NCBI GenBank assembly: GCA_018304285.1
Contig: JAGVWL010000002.1
Coordinates: 1 to 37,316, forward strand
DNA: 37,316 bases
Origin: Candidatus Micrarchaeota archaeon
GTDB lineage: Archaea; Micrarchaeota; Micrarchaeia; Norongarragalinales; Norongarragalinaceae
Reading direction: 5' to 3'
Part shown: piece after piece, positions 15,943 through 26,141 of the stretch
How the letters are laid out: every line of letters begins with the position of its first letter
How positions within the stretch are numbered: the first letter of the stretch is position 1
Translations under genes and position numbers: made by a program
The notes under the pieces: model-generated
Database searches by the model: none
What the model was told of the DNA's origin: nothing
Seen by the model: only the letters and a program-made list of their open reading frames with translations

Positions 15943-17136
15943 TTACTTTGCGAACGCGATTTCGATCGCATCCCTGTGCTTGAGCACGTGGTCTTTGCCG
16001 ACTAGCTGCTTCGTTTTCACGTCAATAGCCTTGATGAAATTGCTGCCGATGTCGCTGTGCAGTTTGAACGCAAAGTCCAGCGCAGTCGCATCCCCCGGCA
16101 AAAGGAAGCAGTCGGGCAGCACGTTTCCGTGCTGGTCTTCGAGCTTGTTCACTCCCGCGGGGAATATAGCCTTGTATTTCAGTATTCCGAACACCGTTTC
16201 GTCGAGAGCCTGCTGCACGCCGGTTGAGCTGAATTTCTTGAGTATGTTCTGGCGGATGAACTCCAGGCCCTTGCCTTGCGCTTCGCTCAATTCTTTCAAA
16301 ACCTTGAAGTCTGAATCGCCGGGGTAGTATTCTATCGCCCCGTCGCGCGCAGCCTTGCGCAACGCCATTTCGGCGACGCCCGAACAGGCGATGATTTTCA
16401 AGTGCGGGAATTCTTTCTTGAGCGCGGCGATGTTTTCGAAAGCGTGGGGCTTGTCGCACTTGTTGGCCGCGATGATGATTGGCTTGGTGTGCGCGCGAAG
16501 GAATTTCGCGAACGAGAGTATGTCCGCCTCGCCCCAGTCGCGCATCTGCCTTTCCGCCAGGCCCGTCTTGCGTATCGCCGTTTCTATATGAAAAGGAGTG
16601 ACGCCTATGCCGCTGAGTATTTGCGCTATTGCATCGTGCATTTCGCTCGTGCTTTTGTAGGGCGTTTTCGAGATTTTCCCCCAATTCCTCTGCACTATGC
16701 CGTAAAACCACAAATCCACTTCCTTCTCAAGAAATTCTACATCCACCGCAGGGTCGTGGTATCCCGCAGGCACTTCCTCCCCCTTTTCGTTCGTGCCGCC
16801 GCTTGCATCCACGACGTGTATCAGCGCATCCGCCTGCCTCAAGTCGTCCATGAACTTGTTTCCCATGCCCACGCCCTTGTGTGCGTCGGGCACGAGGCCC
16901 GCAACGTCCAGCAATTCGACGGGCACGTAGCGTACGCCGTTTTTGCAGAACCCGGTTCGCGGGTTGCACTGGACTCCCAATTCCTTGTCTATGCATTCCA
17001 CGCGCACGAAGCCCATTCCCTTGTTGGGCTCGATTGTCGTGAAAGGATAGTTTGCAATAGCCACGTCCACGAGCGTGGCTGCGCTGAAGAAAGTGCTCTT
17101 GCCCGCGCTCGGCTTTCCAACCAACCCGACTAGCAT
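15943..17136 (-). CDS. Obg-family GTPase, Ygr210-like, with C-terminal TGS domain
   Basis: 397 aa from the internal ATG at 17136. G1 is GKPSAGKST at residue 7. G3 plus the Gly-rich extension is DVAGLVPDAHKGVGMGNKF. G4 is NKCD. The C-terminal TGS-like end is ...KHRDAIEIAFAK. The 640-aa ORF in the track is an antisense read-through into rfcL. Confidence 0.8.
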   Translation of the reverse strand: MLVGLVGKPSAGKSTFFSAATLVDVAIANYPFTTIEPNKGMGFVRVECIDKELGVQCNPRTGFCKNGVRYVPVELLDVAGLVPDAHKGVGMGNKFMDDLRQADALIHVVDASGGTNEKGEEVPAGYHDPAVDVEFLEKEVDLWFYGIVQRNWGKISKTPYKSTSEMHDAIAQILSGIGVTPFHIETAIRKTGLAERQMRDWGEADILSFAKFLRAHTKPIIIAANKCDKPHAFENIAALKKEFPHLKIIACSGVAEMALRKAARDGAIEYYPGDSDFKVLKELSEAQGKGLEFIRQNILKKFSSTGVQQALDETVFGILKYKAIFPAGVNKLEDQHGNVLPDCFLLPGDATALDFAFKLHSDIGSNFIKAIDVKTKQLVGKDHVLKHRDAIEIAFAK

Positions 17137-17200
17137 GGTTTTAATTTGAGGCGGAAAGTAATTATTTCCTTTGCTTTTCAAGCGGCGGGTTTTTTTCGTG

Positions 17201-18331
17201 ATGTGGACTGTAAAGTACGCTCCCCGGAGCGTTGATGAAATCGCGGGCAACGACGAGCCCAAGGCTTTGGTGAAAAAATGGGCTTTGGAATGGAGCCGCG
17301 GCAAGAAACAAAAGCCTTTGCTTGTTTCAGGTCCGTCGGGCGTGGGGAAAACCGCGTTGGCGCATGCGATTGCGATTGAATTCGGGTGGATCCTGGTGGA
17401 ATCGGGCTCGTCGGACGTTCGGAACGAGAAAAGCCTGCAAAAACGCTTTGGGCTGGGGACGACGCAGGGGCTTGCCGGCGTAAGGCTTTTGCTTATAGAC
17501 GATTTGGATTCGGTTTTCGACAGGGGCGAGGTTCCCGCGCTGCTGGAACTGCTTTCTTCCGCCTCGCAGCCCACGCTTCTCTGCGCGAACGACGTTTGGG
17601 ACCCAAAGCTCTCGAAAATACGCGCCGAATGCTCGAAAGTAGAGTTGAAGAAAATCAACAACACCGCAATACGCAAGATCCTGAATGGCATAGCCGAAAA
17701 GGAAAAGCTTCCGCTTTCGCAGGATGCGATCGAGGAAATAATGCTTTCGAGCAAGGGCGACTTGCGGGCTGCGATAATTGACCTGCAAAGCGGGTTCCCT
17801 TCGCAACGCGAGCGCGAGGAAGACGTTTTCAAAATGCTTTCCTCGCTTTTCAAAAACTCGTTCAACGAGGGCTTGCGCCTGGAGCCGGGGGATTTCGACC
17901 TGTTCTACCGGTGGATCGAGGAAAACATTCCCGCGGAGTACGAGTCGAACGAGGAGATTGCAAAGGCTTACAACTGGCTTTCCCGCGCCGACGTTTTCAA
18001 GGGGCGCATTTCAAAGAGGCAGGATTGGGGCATGCTCAAGTTTGTGCGTGCGTTGGCGATGGGCGGGGTGGCGTCGGCGAAAAAATCTCCCTACCGCAAG
18101 TTTTCCCGCTATCAATTCCCGTCCATAGTGCGAATGCTTGGAAACAGCAAGGGCGACAGGCAGATGGTCAAATCGGTTTCCCTGAAAGCCGCCGCGAAAA
18201 TGCACTGCCCTTCGCGCGTTGCTTTCGGTTCGCTGCTGCTTTTGCCTTCAGAAACGCTGGATTCATTCGGGTTCAGCGACGAGGAGAAAATGTTTTTGAA
18301 GGAATTCCGGAAAGAACGCGCATCCGCCTAA
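17201..18331 (+). CDS. rfcL: replication factor C large subunit
   Basis: The ATG at 17201 gives MWTVKYAPRSVDEIAGND, the W-x-x-KY-x-P start typical of RFC. Walker A is SGPSGVGKTALA and Walker B is LLLIDDLD. At 376 aa it is shorter than most RfcL proteins. Confidence 0.8.
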   Translation: MWTVKYAPRSVDEIAGNDEPKALVKKWALEWSRGKKQKPLLVSGPSGVGKTALAHAIAIEFGWILVESGSSDVRNEKSLQKRFGLGTTQGLAGVRLLLIDDLDSVFDRGEVPALLELLSSASQPTLLCANDVWDPKLSKIRAECSKVELKKINNTAIRKILNGIAEKEKLPLSQDAIEEIMLSSKGDLRAAIIDLQSGFPSQREREEDVFKMLSSLFKNSFNEGLRLEPGDFDLFYRWIEENIPAEYESNEEIAKAYNWLSRADVFKGRISKRQDWGMLKFVRALAMGGVASAKKSPYRKFSRYQFPSIVRMLGNSKGDRQMVKSVSLKAAAKMHCPSRVAFGSLLLLPSETLDSFGFSDEEKMFLKEFRKERASA

Positions 18332-18356
18332 AGCGTGCGGCGCAATGAGCGCAGGC

Positions 18357-18456
18357 TTTATAGCGAAAAGCGGAAATAATCGAGAACTTTTGCAGCTTTT
18401 CGCTAGTTCGCAGAATGCAGGGAAAAAGTTCCAATAGTTTTTGCCTTCTGCTATTA
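18357..18456 (+). repeat. copy A of a ~98-nt twin-hairpin intergenic element
   Basis: TTTATAGCGAAAAGCGGAAATAATCGAGAACTTTTGCAGCTTTTCGCTAGTTCGCAGAATGCAGGGAAAAAGTTCCAATAGTTTTTGCCTTCTGCTATTA. The first 50 nt are identical to copy B. It lies between the convergent rfcL and 18454-19179 genes. Confidence 0.9.
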
Positions 18457-19179
18457 CTTTCCGTTTTCTTCCGGCTTCTGCATGAATTTCACTGCTACGA
18501 CCAATGCGAATCCCAGCAGCAAAACCCAAAAGTAGTTTTTCTGCAAATCTCCCACGCTTTTGGCGAAAAACTGGTTGACTTCGTCGCTCAAGCTCTTTTC
18601 GCGGGTGAATTCCACATCCCACTTTCCGTGGAGGGGACCTGTCCACGTTATCACGTTCTTCTCCCTGAGCACGCCCGGGTCGGGAGAGATTTTTATTTCC
18701 TGCGCGTCGCGGGGCACTTCGAGCGTGAAGCTCATGCTGTTCCCGAGGCTGATCTCGCCTTTCGAAGATATCAGCGCTATCAGCGGCGTGTTGAGCGTAT
18801 ATTTCGTGGCTCGCGCGGAAAACAGCTGCATCTGCATTATTTCCTCCGCGTCGTACTCGAGCGTCACGCTCGCGGCGTTCGGGTGCACGTCGAACTCGTG
18901 CTTCGCCACGATGCGCAAGGTCGAGACCTTGCCGGAAAAGTGGTAGCCTATGCTTTTCGAAAACCTCTTCCAATCCAGCAGCGTAGTCTGCCCCAGCCGC
19001 AGGTAGTAATCGAAAGCCTCTTTCTCTAGGTCGTTTTCCAGGAAGAACACGGTTTTTTCGGTTATGCGCGCGTTTCCGTCTTCAGCTACCTTCGCGTAGA
19101 TGGAGAACGACTGGTCCAAGTATGCGAGGGCGTAAGGCGCAAGGAAAGCCAAAACCGCAACCGCTGCAAAAATCCTCAT
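18454..19179 (-). CDS. secreted protein with C-terminal membrane anchor, function unknown
   Basis: 241 aa from the ATG at 19179; the track start at 19197 is a TTG. The signal peptide is MRIFAAVAVLAFLAPYALA, and the C-terminal TM plus basic tail is YFWVLLLGFALVVAVKFMQKPEENGK. Confidence 0.6.
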   Translation of the reverse strand: MRIFAAVAVLAFLAPYALAYLDQSFSIYAKVAEDGNARITEKTVFFLENDLEKEAFDYYLRLGQTTLLDWKRFSKSIGYHFSGKVSTLRIVAKHEFDVHPNAASVTLEYDAEEIMQMQLFSARATKYTLNTPLIALISSKGEISLGNSMSFTLEVPRDAQEIKISPDPGVLREKNVITWTGPLHGKWDVEFTREKSLSDEVNQFFAKSVGDLQKNYFWVLLLGFALVVAVKFMQKPEENGK

Positions 19180-19196
19180 GAAAAGCTTTAACCGCA

Positions 19197-19835
19197 ATGG
19201 AATTAAAAGACCTTTTTTCTAATGGATTAAAGAACGCAAGGATGAAATCATTCGTTTCGTTTCCGGCCGCACTGCTTTTCGTGCTTACTATCACAGTCTT
19301 GGCGTTGACCTTATCTAAAGCGTCGGCATCTTCCCTCGACTCATCTGCAGAGCTGGTTTCCCTCGAGCGCAAGCACTATGCCGATGCGGAGCTGAAGAAA
19401 GTTTTCTCGCAAGTGTTTTCGATGAGCAAGGGCTCGGATGAACTGCAGTCCAGCAGGGCGATTGCGGAAAACCTCGCGCTGTTTGAGGTGAAAGCGAAAG
19501 AGCGCTTTGCGAGGGAAGGCGTAAGCGTGGAGTTGTGGTTCGGGGAATTCGATTCTTCCGAAGAGCGGGGAATTTTGGAAAAAACGCTTTCGCAAAAAAA
19601 GCCCGCGCGTTGCGCGCACTGTTACTCCCTTGCAGCGCACACTCTCGACTGGGACTGCAGGCCAGTGCGAAAGTCGATGGAATTAATTTTTGACAGGCAG
19701 ATTTCGAAATCGGGAATGGCGCACACGCTTTCCTCGGCCGAGTGGGTCGGGAAAAACATCGCTTTGGGCGCGACCTTTTATTCGCGGGGCGATGGGATGG
19801 CGTGGGTTTCGGTAATTCGGGAGGGGTTCGGGTGA
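19197..19835 (+). CDS. pilin-like protein with class III (type IV prepilin-like) N-terminus
   Basis: 212 aa. The likely true start is the second ATG at 19242, giving MKS/FVSFPAALLFVLTITVLALTL. It is the first gene of a four-gene chain joined by GTGA/ATGA overlaps. Confidence 0.55.
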   Translation: MELKDLFSNGLKNARMKSFVSFPAALLFVLTITVLALTLSKASASSLDSSAELVSLERKHYADAELKKVFSQVFSMSKGSDELQSSRAIAENLALFEVKAKERFAREGVSVELWFGEFDSSEERGILEKTLSQKKPARCAHCYSLAAHTLDWDCRPVRKSMELIFDRQISKSGMAHTLSSAEWVGKNIALGATFYSRGDGMAWVSVIREGFG

Positions 19836-20200
19836 GCGGCTGCAAAAGCAGGGGAAGGGAATGCGTCCGCAAGAGCCAGTTTTCAACCGAGTTTCTCGTT
19901 TTGCTTGCAGCGCTTCTCGCTTTCCTCGCCCTGTTCGCAAGCGTAGCGCGGGCGGGATTGGAGAAAAGCGTTTTGCTTTCCAAAGAAATCGCGGACGAGC
20001 AAAAGCTTGCAAACGCCTGCGCCTACGTCCGCTTTTTCTCGCTTGACGGCCTGCACGCCCTCTCCAGCAGGACTTTCGAGGGTTTTTCCTCGCGCGGAGT
20101 AAAGCTGGTTTTAGGGAACCGTTCTTTGGATTGCCCCGCCCGCTTTCGCTTCGAGGGAGGGGTTTTGAAGGTCGAGCCGAAGGCTCTGGAGGTGCGGTGA
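19832..20200 (+). CDS. pilin-like protein with class III signal peptide (QxSxEF motif)
   Basis: GTG start in a GTGA overlap with the upstream stop. The N-terminus ...VRKS/QFSTEFLVLLAALLAFLALF matches the Q-x-S-x-E-x-x-x-L pattern of euryarchaeal DUF361-type prepilins. It is in frame within track ORF 19742-20200. Confidence 0.6.
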   Translation: MSGCKSRGRECVRKSQFSTEFLVLLAALLAFLALFASVARAGLEKSVLLSKEIADEQKLANACAYVRFFSLDGLHALSSRTFEGFSSRGVKLVLGNRSLDCPARFRFEGGVLKVEPKALEVR

Positions 20201-20520
20201 TCGTGAGTTTTTCCTGGGATTTCGTTGCGGCAATCGTCTTGTTTCTCGCGCTATGCTCTTCATTCCTCGTCGTTTTCACTTCCTCCTCGACAGCATTGCG
20301 CGAGGGAATCGCGCAGGGTGAAGAACAGCGGGCTTCGCTCTTGCAGGCGGACTTGCTTTTGAAAACGTGCTTTCCCGAGGGCGTGGCGTACTGTGAAAAC
20401 GGCTTTTTGCATTCGCACGTTGCGCACCCGCAAGCTAATTTGTCTTTCGAAAGCGGGTTTTGCGCAAAGCGCGTGGTTTTGCAGAACGGCGGGTTGGAGG
20501 TGTTCGGCGCATGCGCTTGA
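20197..20520 (+). CDS. pilin-like protein with class III-like N-terminus
   Basis: GTG start in a GTGA overlap with the upstream stop. The N-terminus is VIVS/FSWDFVAAIVLFLALCSSFLVVF. It is in frame within track ORF 20131-20520. Confidence 0.5.
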   Translation: MIVSFSWDFVAAIVLFLALCSSFLVVFTSSSTALREGIAQGEEQRASLLQADLLLKTCFPEGVAYCENGFLHSHVAHPQANLSFESGFCAKRVVLQNGGLEVFGACA

Positions 20521-20921
20521 AATCCAAGTCTTTCGCTTCTTTCGAAGCTTTGCTGTCGCTGCTTTTCGCAGTCGCAGCTTTTTCTTTAATCTTGCCGTCG
20601 TTTTCCTCGCGCCCTTCCTATTCGCATTTGAATGCGTTCCAGCTTGCGCAGGATTTCGCGGAAGCTTCCCTCGCAAGCCCGCGTTTGCGCGGGGAAATAA
20701 TCTCTTTCAAGAACGGCGTGGCGGGCGCTGAAGAAAGTTTGGCCGGCGAATATGCCGGCGTATTGGAAAAGTTGGGGGATTATTGCCTGGAAATGCGGGT
20801 TGAGGGAAAGCGGCTGGAGGCGAACTGCGTTTTGGCGCATTCGCAGCGCGTTTCCGCGAGGCGGATGGCTTTCGACGGCGAAGATTTCTTCGAAATCGAG
20901 TTTTCGCTTTATTTTTCCTGA
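20511..20921 (+). CDS. pilin-like protein with class III signal peptide
   Basis: The ATG at 20511 overlaps the end of the upstream gene by 10 nt. The N-terminus is MRLKSKS/FASFEALLSLLFAVAAFSLIL. Its 3' end overlaps the convergent gene 20909-21373 by 13 nt. Confidence 0.6.
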   Translation: MRLKSKSFASFEALLSLLFAVAAFSLILPSFSSRPSYSHLNAFQLAQDFAEASLASPRLRGEIISFKNGVAGAEESLAGEYAGVLEKLGDYCLEMRVEGKRLEANCVLAHSQRVSARRMAFDGEDFFEIEFSLYFS

Positions 20922-21373
20922 TTGCGCGCGGGCGTGATGGCGATTTCGATTGCGCCTTGGTTCGAAATGTGCACTTCGTGCTTTCCCCTGCCGAAAACTT
21001 TGCCCGCAACAACGGCATCGAAAGCGGTTTTTTCCGCCAGCGTCTTGTTTTTCCCGCTGTTTTCGTATTCCATGCGCAACTCGCGCGTTTGGCCATTGAA
21101 GGAAAAAACCGTTTGCCGCGCGGGAAGGAAAACTTCCGTTGTAAGCAAAGCGTTCCTTCCCAGCGTATGCGCCTCCCGCGCCTGCGCCGTTATCGCGTTG
21201 AATGCCATCTCCTGCGTTTGGTCTACGATTTTTTCGTTTGCCTTGGCCTGCGCCTGCGAGTAGACGGGCAGAAGGGCAAGCAGGAACGATGCTGACGCGG
21301 CTAGCACGAGCATGAACTCGAGCGAAAGCTGGCTTCTTTGTTTTTGCCCCATTCGCTTTTGCAAAGGCTTCAT
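20909..21373 (-). CDS. pilin-like protein with class III signal peptide (QxSxEF motif)
   Basis: 154 aa. The N-terminus is ...GQKQRS/QLSLEFMLVLAASASFLLALL. The start is in an ATGA overlap with the stop of the upstream 68-aa pilin gene. Confidence 0.65.
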   Translation of the reverse strand: MKPLQKRMGQKQRSQLSLEFMLVLAASASFLLALLPVYSQAQAKANEKIVDQTQEMAFNAITAQAREAHTLGRNALLTTEVFLPARQTVFSFNGQTRELRMEYENSGKNKTLAEKTAFDAVVAGKVFGRGKHEVHISNQGAIEIAITPARNQEK

Positions 21374-21576
21374 TTTATGCCTGCGATTTGGCCGAAAGCC
21401 TTGTCCGTGGCGTTCGCCAGCACTTTCTTTCCTTTTTCGGCAGTGTTTTGCAATTGCGTTATGAGCACGAGGGCGACTGCGACCAGCGCAGCTATGACTA
21501 TCAAAAGCTCTGCGGAAACTTGCGCTTCGTCGTCCATTCCGAGAAGCCCTTGTTTTTGTTCACGTCGTTTGCGCAT
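21370..21576 (-). CDS. small class III signal peptide protein (candidate major pilin, PF04021-like)
   Basis: 68 aa. The charged leader is followed by A/QVSAELLIVIAALVAVALVLITQL and a short C-terminal tail. Size and motif fit the archaeal 'class III signal peptide' small pilin family. Confidence 0.7.
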   Translation of the reverse strand: MRKRREQKQGLLGMDDEAQVSAELLIVIAALVAVALVLITQLQNTAEKGKKVLANATDKAFGQIAGIK

Positions 21577-21642
21577 TGAAAAGCAAACTGCGAAGGGCGT
21601 TAAATTCGTTCGGTTGATTTTTTGTAAACCGCGCGTTTATTT

Positions 21643-21740
21643 TTTATAGCGAAAAGCGGAAATAATCGAGAACTTTTGCAGCTTTTCGCTAGTCGCAGAA
21701 GGCAGGGAAAAAGTTCCAGTATTTTTGCCTTCTGCCATTA
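21643..21740 (+). repeat. copy B of the ~98-nt twin-hairpin intergenic element
   Basis: TTTATAGCGAAAAGCGGAAATAATCGAGAACTTTTGCAGCTTTTCGCTAGTCGCAGAAGGCAGGGAAAAAGTTCCAGTATTTTTGCCTTCTGCCATTA. Both 10-bp stems are perfect. The terminal TTA is the stop codon (TAA, minus strand) of the M50 protease gene. Confidence 0.9.
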
Positions 21741-22334
21741 GAATTCTACTGGAAACGGGTTGGTGAGCAATATTGCGACGAGGGCGATGAGCGTCGCGCC
21801 CCACACCACCTTGTTCCACGCGAACACCTTGCTTCCGTCGAGCGGGAAGATGGGAATGAGGTTGAACGCGCCGAGGAATGCGTTGATTGAAACGCCTATC
21901 GCGGCGAGCGTCTGCATTTCGGGGTAAGAAACGCCGATTGCAAGGAAAATCAGCGCGAGGAAGAGGTTTACGAGGGGGCCTGCCAAGGCGATTTTGCCGT
22001 TCTGCTCTTCGCTGACGCGCTTTCCGAAAATGTAGACTGCGCCGGGCGCTGCGAAAATGAATCCTCCGTCTGTAACGAACGCAAGAAACAGCGCTACGAA
22101 CAATCCCGTGGTCCAAGCGCGGTATTCGGCTTGCGCTCCATAGCGTATTGCGACGAACTTGTGCCCCAATTCGTGCAGCACGAAACCCGCGCCCAGCGTG
22201 AGGAATATGATTGTGAAGCGGGTGGCTGAAAAAGAGCCGACCGGAAAGAGCGTGAATGCCAGCGCTACGGTGATTACTGAAATGGCGATGTGGGCGGCCT
22301 CGATTTTGCCGATGGAAAAGTTCCTCGACGCCAT
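21738..22334 (-). CDS. site-2 protease family (M50) intramembrane zinc metalloprotease
   Basis: 198 aa and polytopic. It has the HExxH motif (VLHELGHKF) and the NxxPxxxLDG motif (NLIPIFPLDGSKV). Confidence 0.85.
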   Translation of the reverse strand: MASRNFSIGKIEAAHIAISVITVALAFTLFPVGSFSATRFTIIFLTLGAGFVLHELGHKFVAIRYGAQAEYRAWTTGLFVALFLAFVTDGGFIFAAPGAVYIFGKRVSEEQNGKIALAGPLVNLFLALIFLAIGVSYPEMQTLAAIGVSINAFLGAFNLIPIFPLDGSKVFAWNKVVWGATLIALVAILLTNPFPVEF

Positions 22335-22347
22335 TTTTTTTATAGCC

Positions 22348-24941
<2,594 letters not shown>

Positions 24942-25126
24942 TCACATGCATTATTACCTTCTTACGATTAGAGTGCTTAAAACCTGCAACCATTGCGCCG
25001 GCAGTTGTTTGCCTCAACTTTCTTTTTTGGGCTCCTGGTTTAAATTTCTTGCCTTTTGTTCACGCTGAAAGCGCCACCAAAAGCCTTTTTTTAAGGCTTC
25101 GGCAGAGTTTTGTTGGTGTGGGTTGG

Positions 25127-26101
25127 ATGGCTAACGAAGAAGTCATTGTTTTCATAGGGATTCTTGCTGTCGTGGCGCTTATTGTGGGAGCGGTTTTTAC
25201 CTCGCAGTTGCCTTTGCAGCTCGTTCTCGCCGCGTTTCTCGCAATAATCGGCATACTCCTGTTCCACCCCAACATCGTGGAATTGAGGGAGTACGAGCGC
25301 GGGGTTTTTTTCAGGCTCGGCAAATACGACCGCGTTTCGGGCCCGGGTTGGGTCGTCTACTTTTCGACTATAGACACTTTCATTAAGGTCGACTTGCGAA
25401 CGCAGGTTTTGGACATCGACCCACAGGAAGTCATCACGCAGGACAACGTGAAAATCACCATAGATTCAGTCATCTACTTCCGCATTGCAGACCCGAAGAA
25501 AAGCATAGTGGAAATCCGCGATTTCAAGGGCGCCGTTTCCCACTTGATTCGAGCGCAGTTGAGGACCGTTATCGGAAGAATGCTTTTGGAGGAAGTGCTG
25601 GCAAAGACCGAGGAAGTGAATGCCGCGCTTTTCAACACAGTCAAAGATGTGGAAAACAAGTGGGGAATCATGACTTCGCGCGTCGAAATTTCGAGTATCG
25701 AGCTTCCCGCGGGGCTGCTTTCGGCAATGCAAAAGCGCAGGGAAGCGGGCGAGTACAAGGAAAAAATGGAGACGGAAGCGCGCGCGAAACAGGTTTCCCT
25801 GGAGATTCTCGACAAGGCCTTGCGTTCGATGAGCGACAGGACCATAGCATACTTGTATTTGGACGTGCTCAAGCGCGTGGCCGACGGCAAGAGCAACAAG
25901 ATCATCTTTCCGCTCGAGCTGACGCGCTTGGCTACCTACATTTCGGAGAAATCCGGCTGGACCGACAAGGTGGAGAAAAAAGACTTCGAGGAAATTGCTA
26001 AAACGCTTTTAGCTTCATACCACTTGCAGCAGAAGGAGTCGATGGACAAGAAAGCGGGCCTTGCCGACCAGAAGACTCTTGACAGCGCTGCCGGAAAGTA
26101 A
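25127..26101 (+). CDS. SPFH/band 7 (stomatin/prohibitin-like) membrane protein
   Basis: 324 aa from the ATG at 25127; the track ORF starts at a non-ATG codon at 25049. It has an N-terminal TM, then REYERGVFFRLGKY...VDLRTQVLDIDPQEVITQDNVKITIDSVIYFRI, typical of SPFH domains. Confidence 0.85.
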   Translation: MANEEVIVFIGILAVVALIVGAVFTSQLPLQLVLAAFLAIIGILLFHPNIVELREYERGVFFRLGKYDRVSGPGWVVYFSTIDTFIKVDLRTQVLDIDPQEVITQDNVKITIDSVIYFRIADPKKSIVEIRDFKGAVSHLIRAQLRTVIGRMLLEEVLAKTEEVNAALFNTVKDVENKWGIMTSRVEISSIELPAGLLSAMQKRREAGEYKEKMETEARAKQVSLEILDKALRSMSDRTIAYLYLDVLKRVADGKSNKIIFPLELTRLATYISEKSGWTDKVEKKDFEEIAKTLLASYHLQQKESMDKKAGLADQKTLDSAAGK

Positions 26102-26141
26102 GCGCATGCCCCTTATTGCAAAATGATTTTTTTTCCCGAAC

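Noticed and set aside
15943-17865. A 640-aa minus-strand ORF that would give the GTPase a 243-aa N-terminal extension.
   Set aside because: The extension is antisense to the well-supported rfcL gene and is low-complexity (S/R/P-rich). The GTPase G1 motif begins 7 residues after the internal ATG at 17136. I therefore call the short form 15943-17136.
25049-25126. An N-terminal extension of the SPFH gene given in the ORF track, and a 7-bp hairpin AAGCCTT-TTTTT-AAGGCTT at 25081-25099.
   Set aside because: The extension starts at a non-ATG codon and covers what looks like a promoter/5' UTR (TATA-like GGTTTAAATTT near 25039-25049). The hairpin is short and may be a UTR feature, but there is no supporting evidence.
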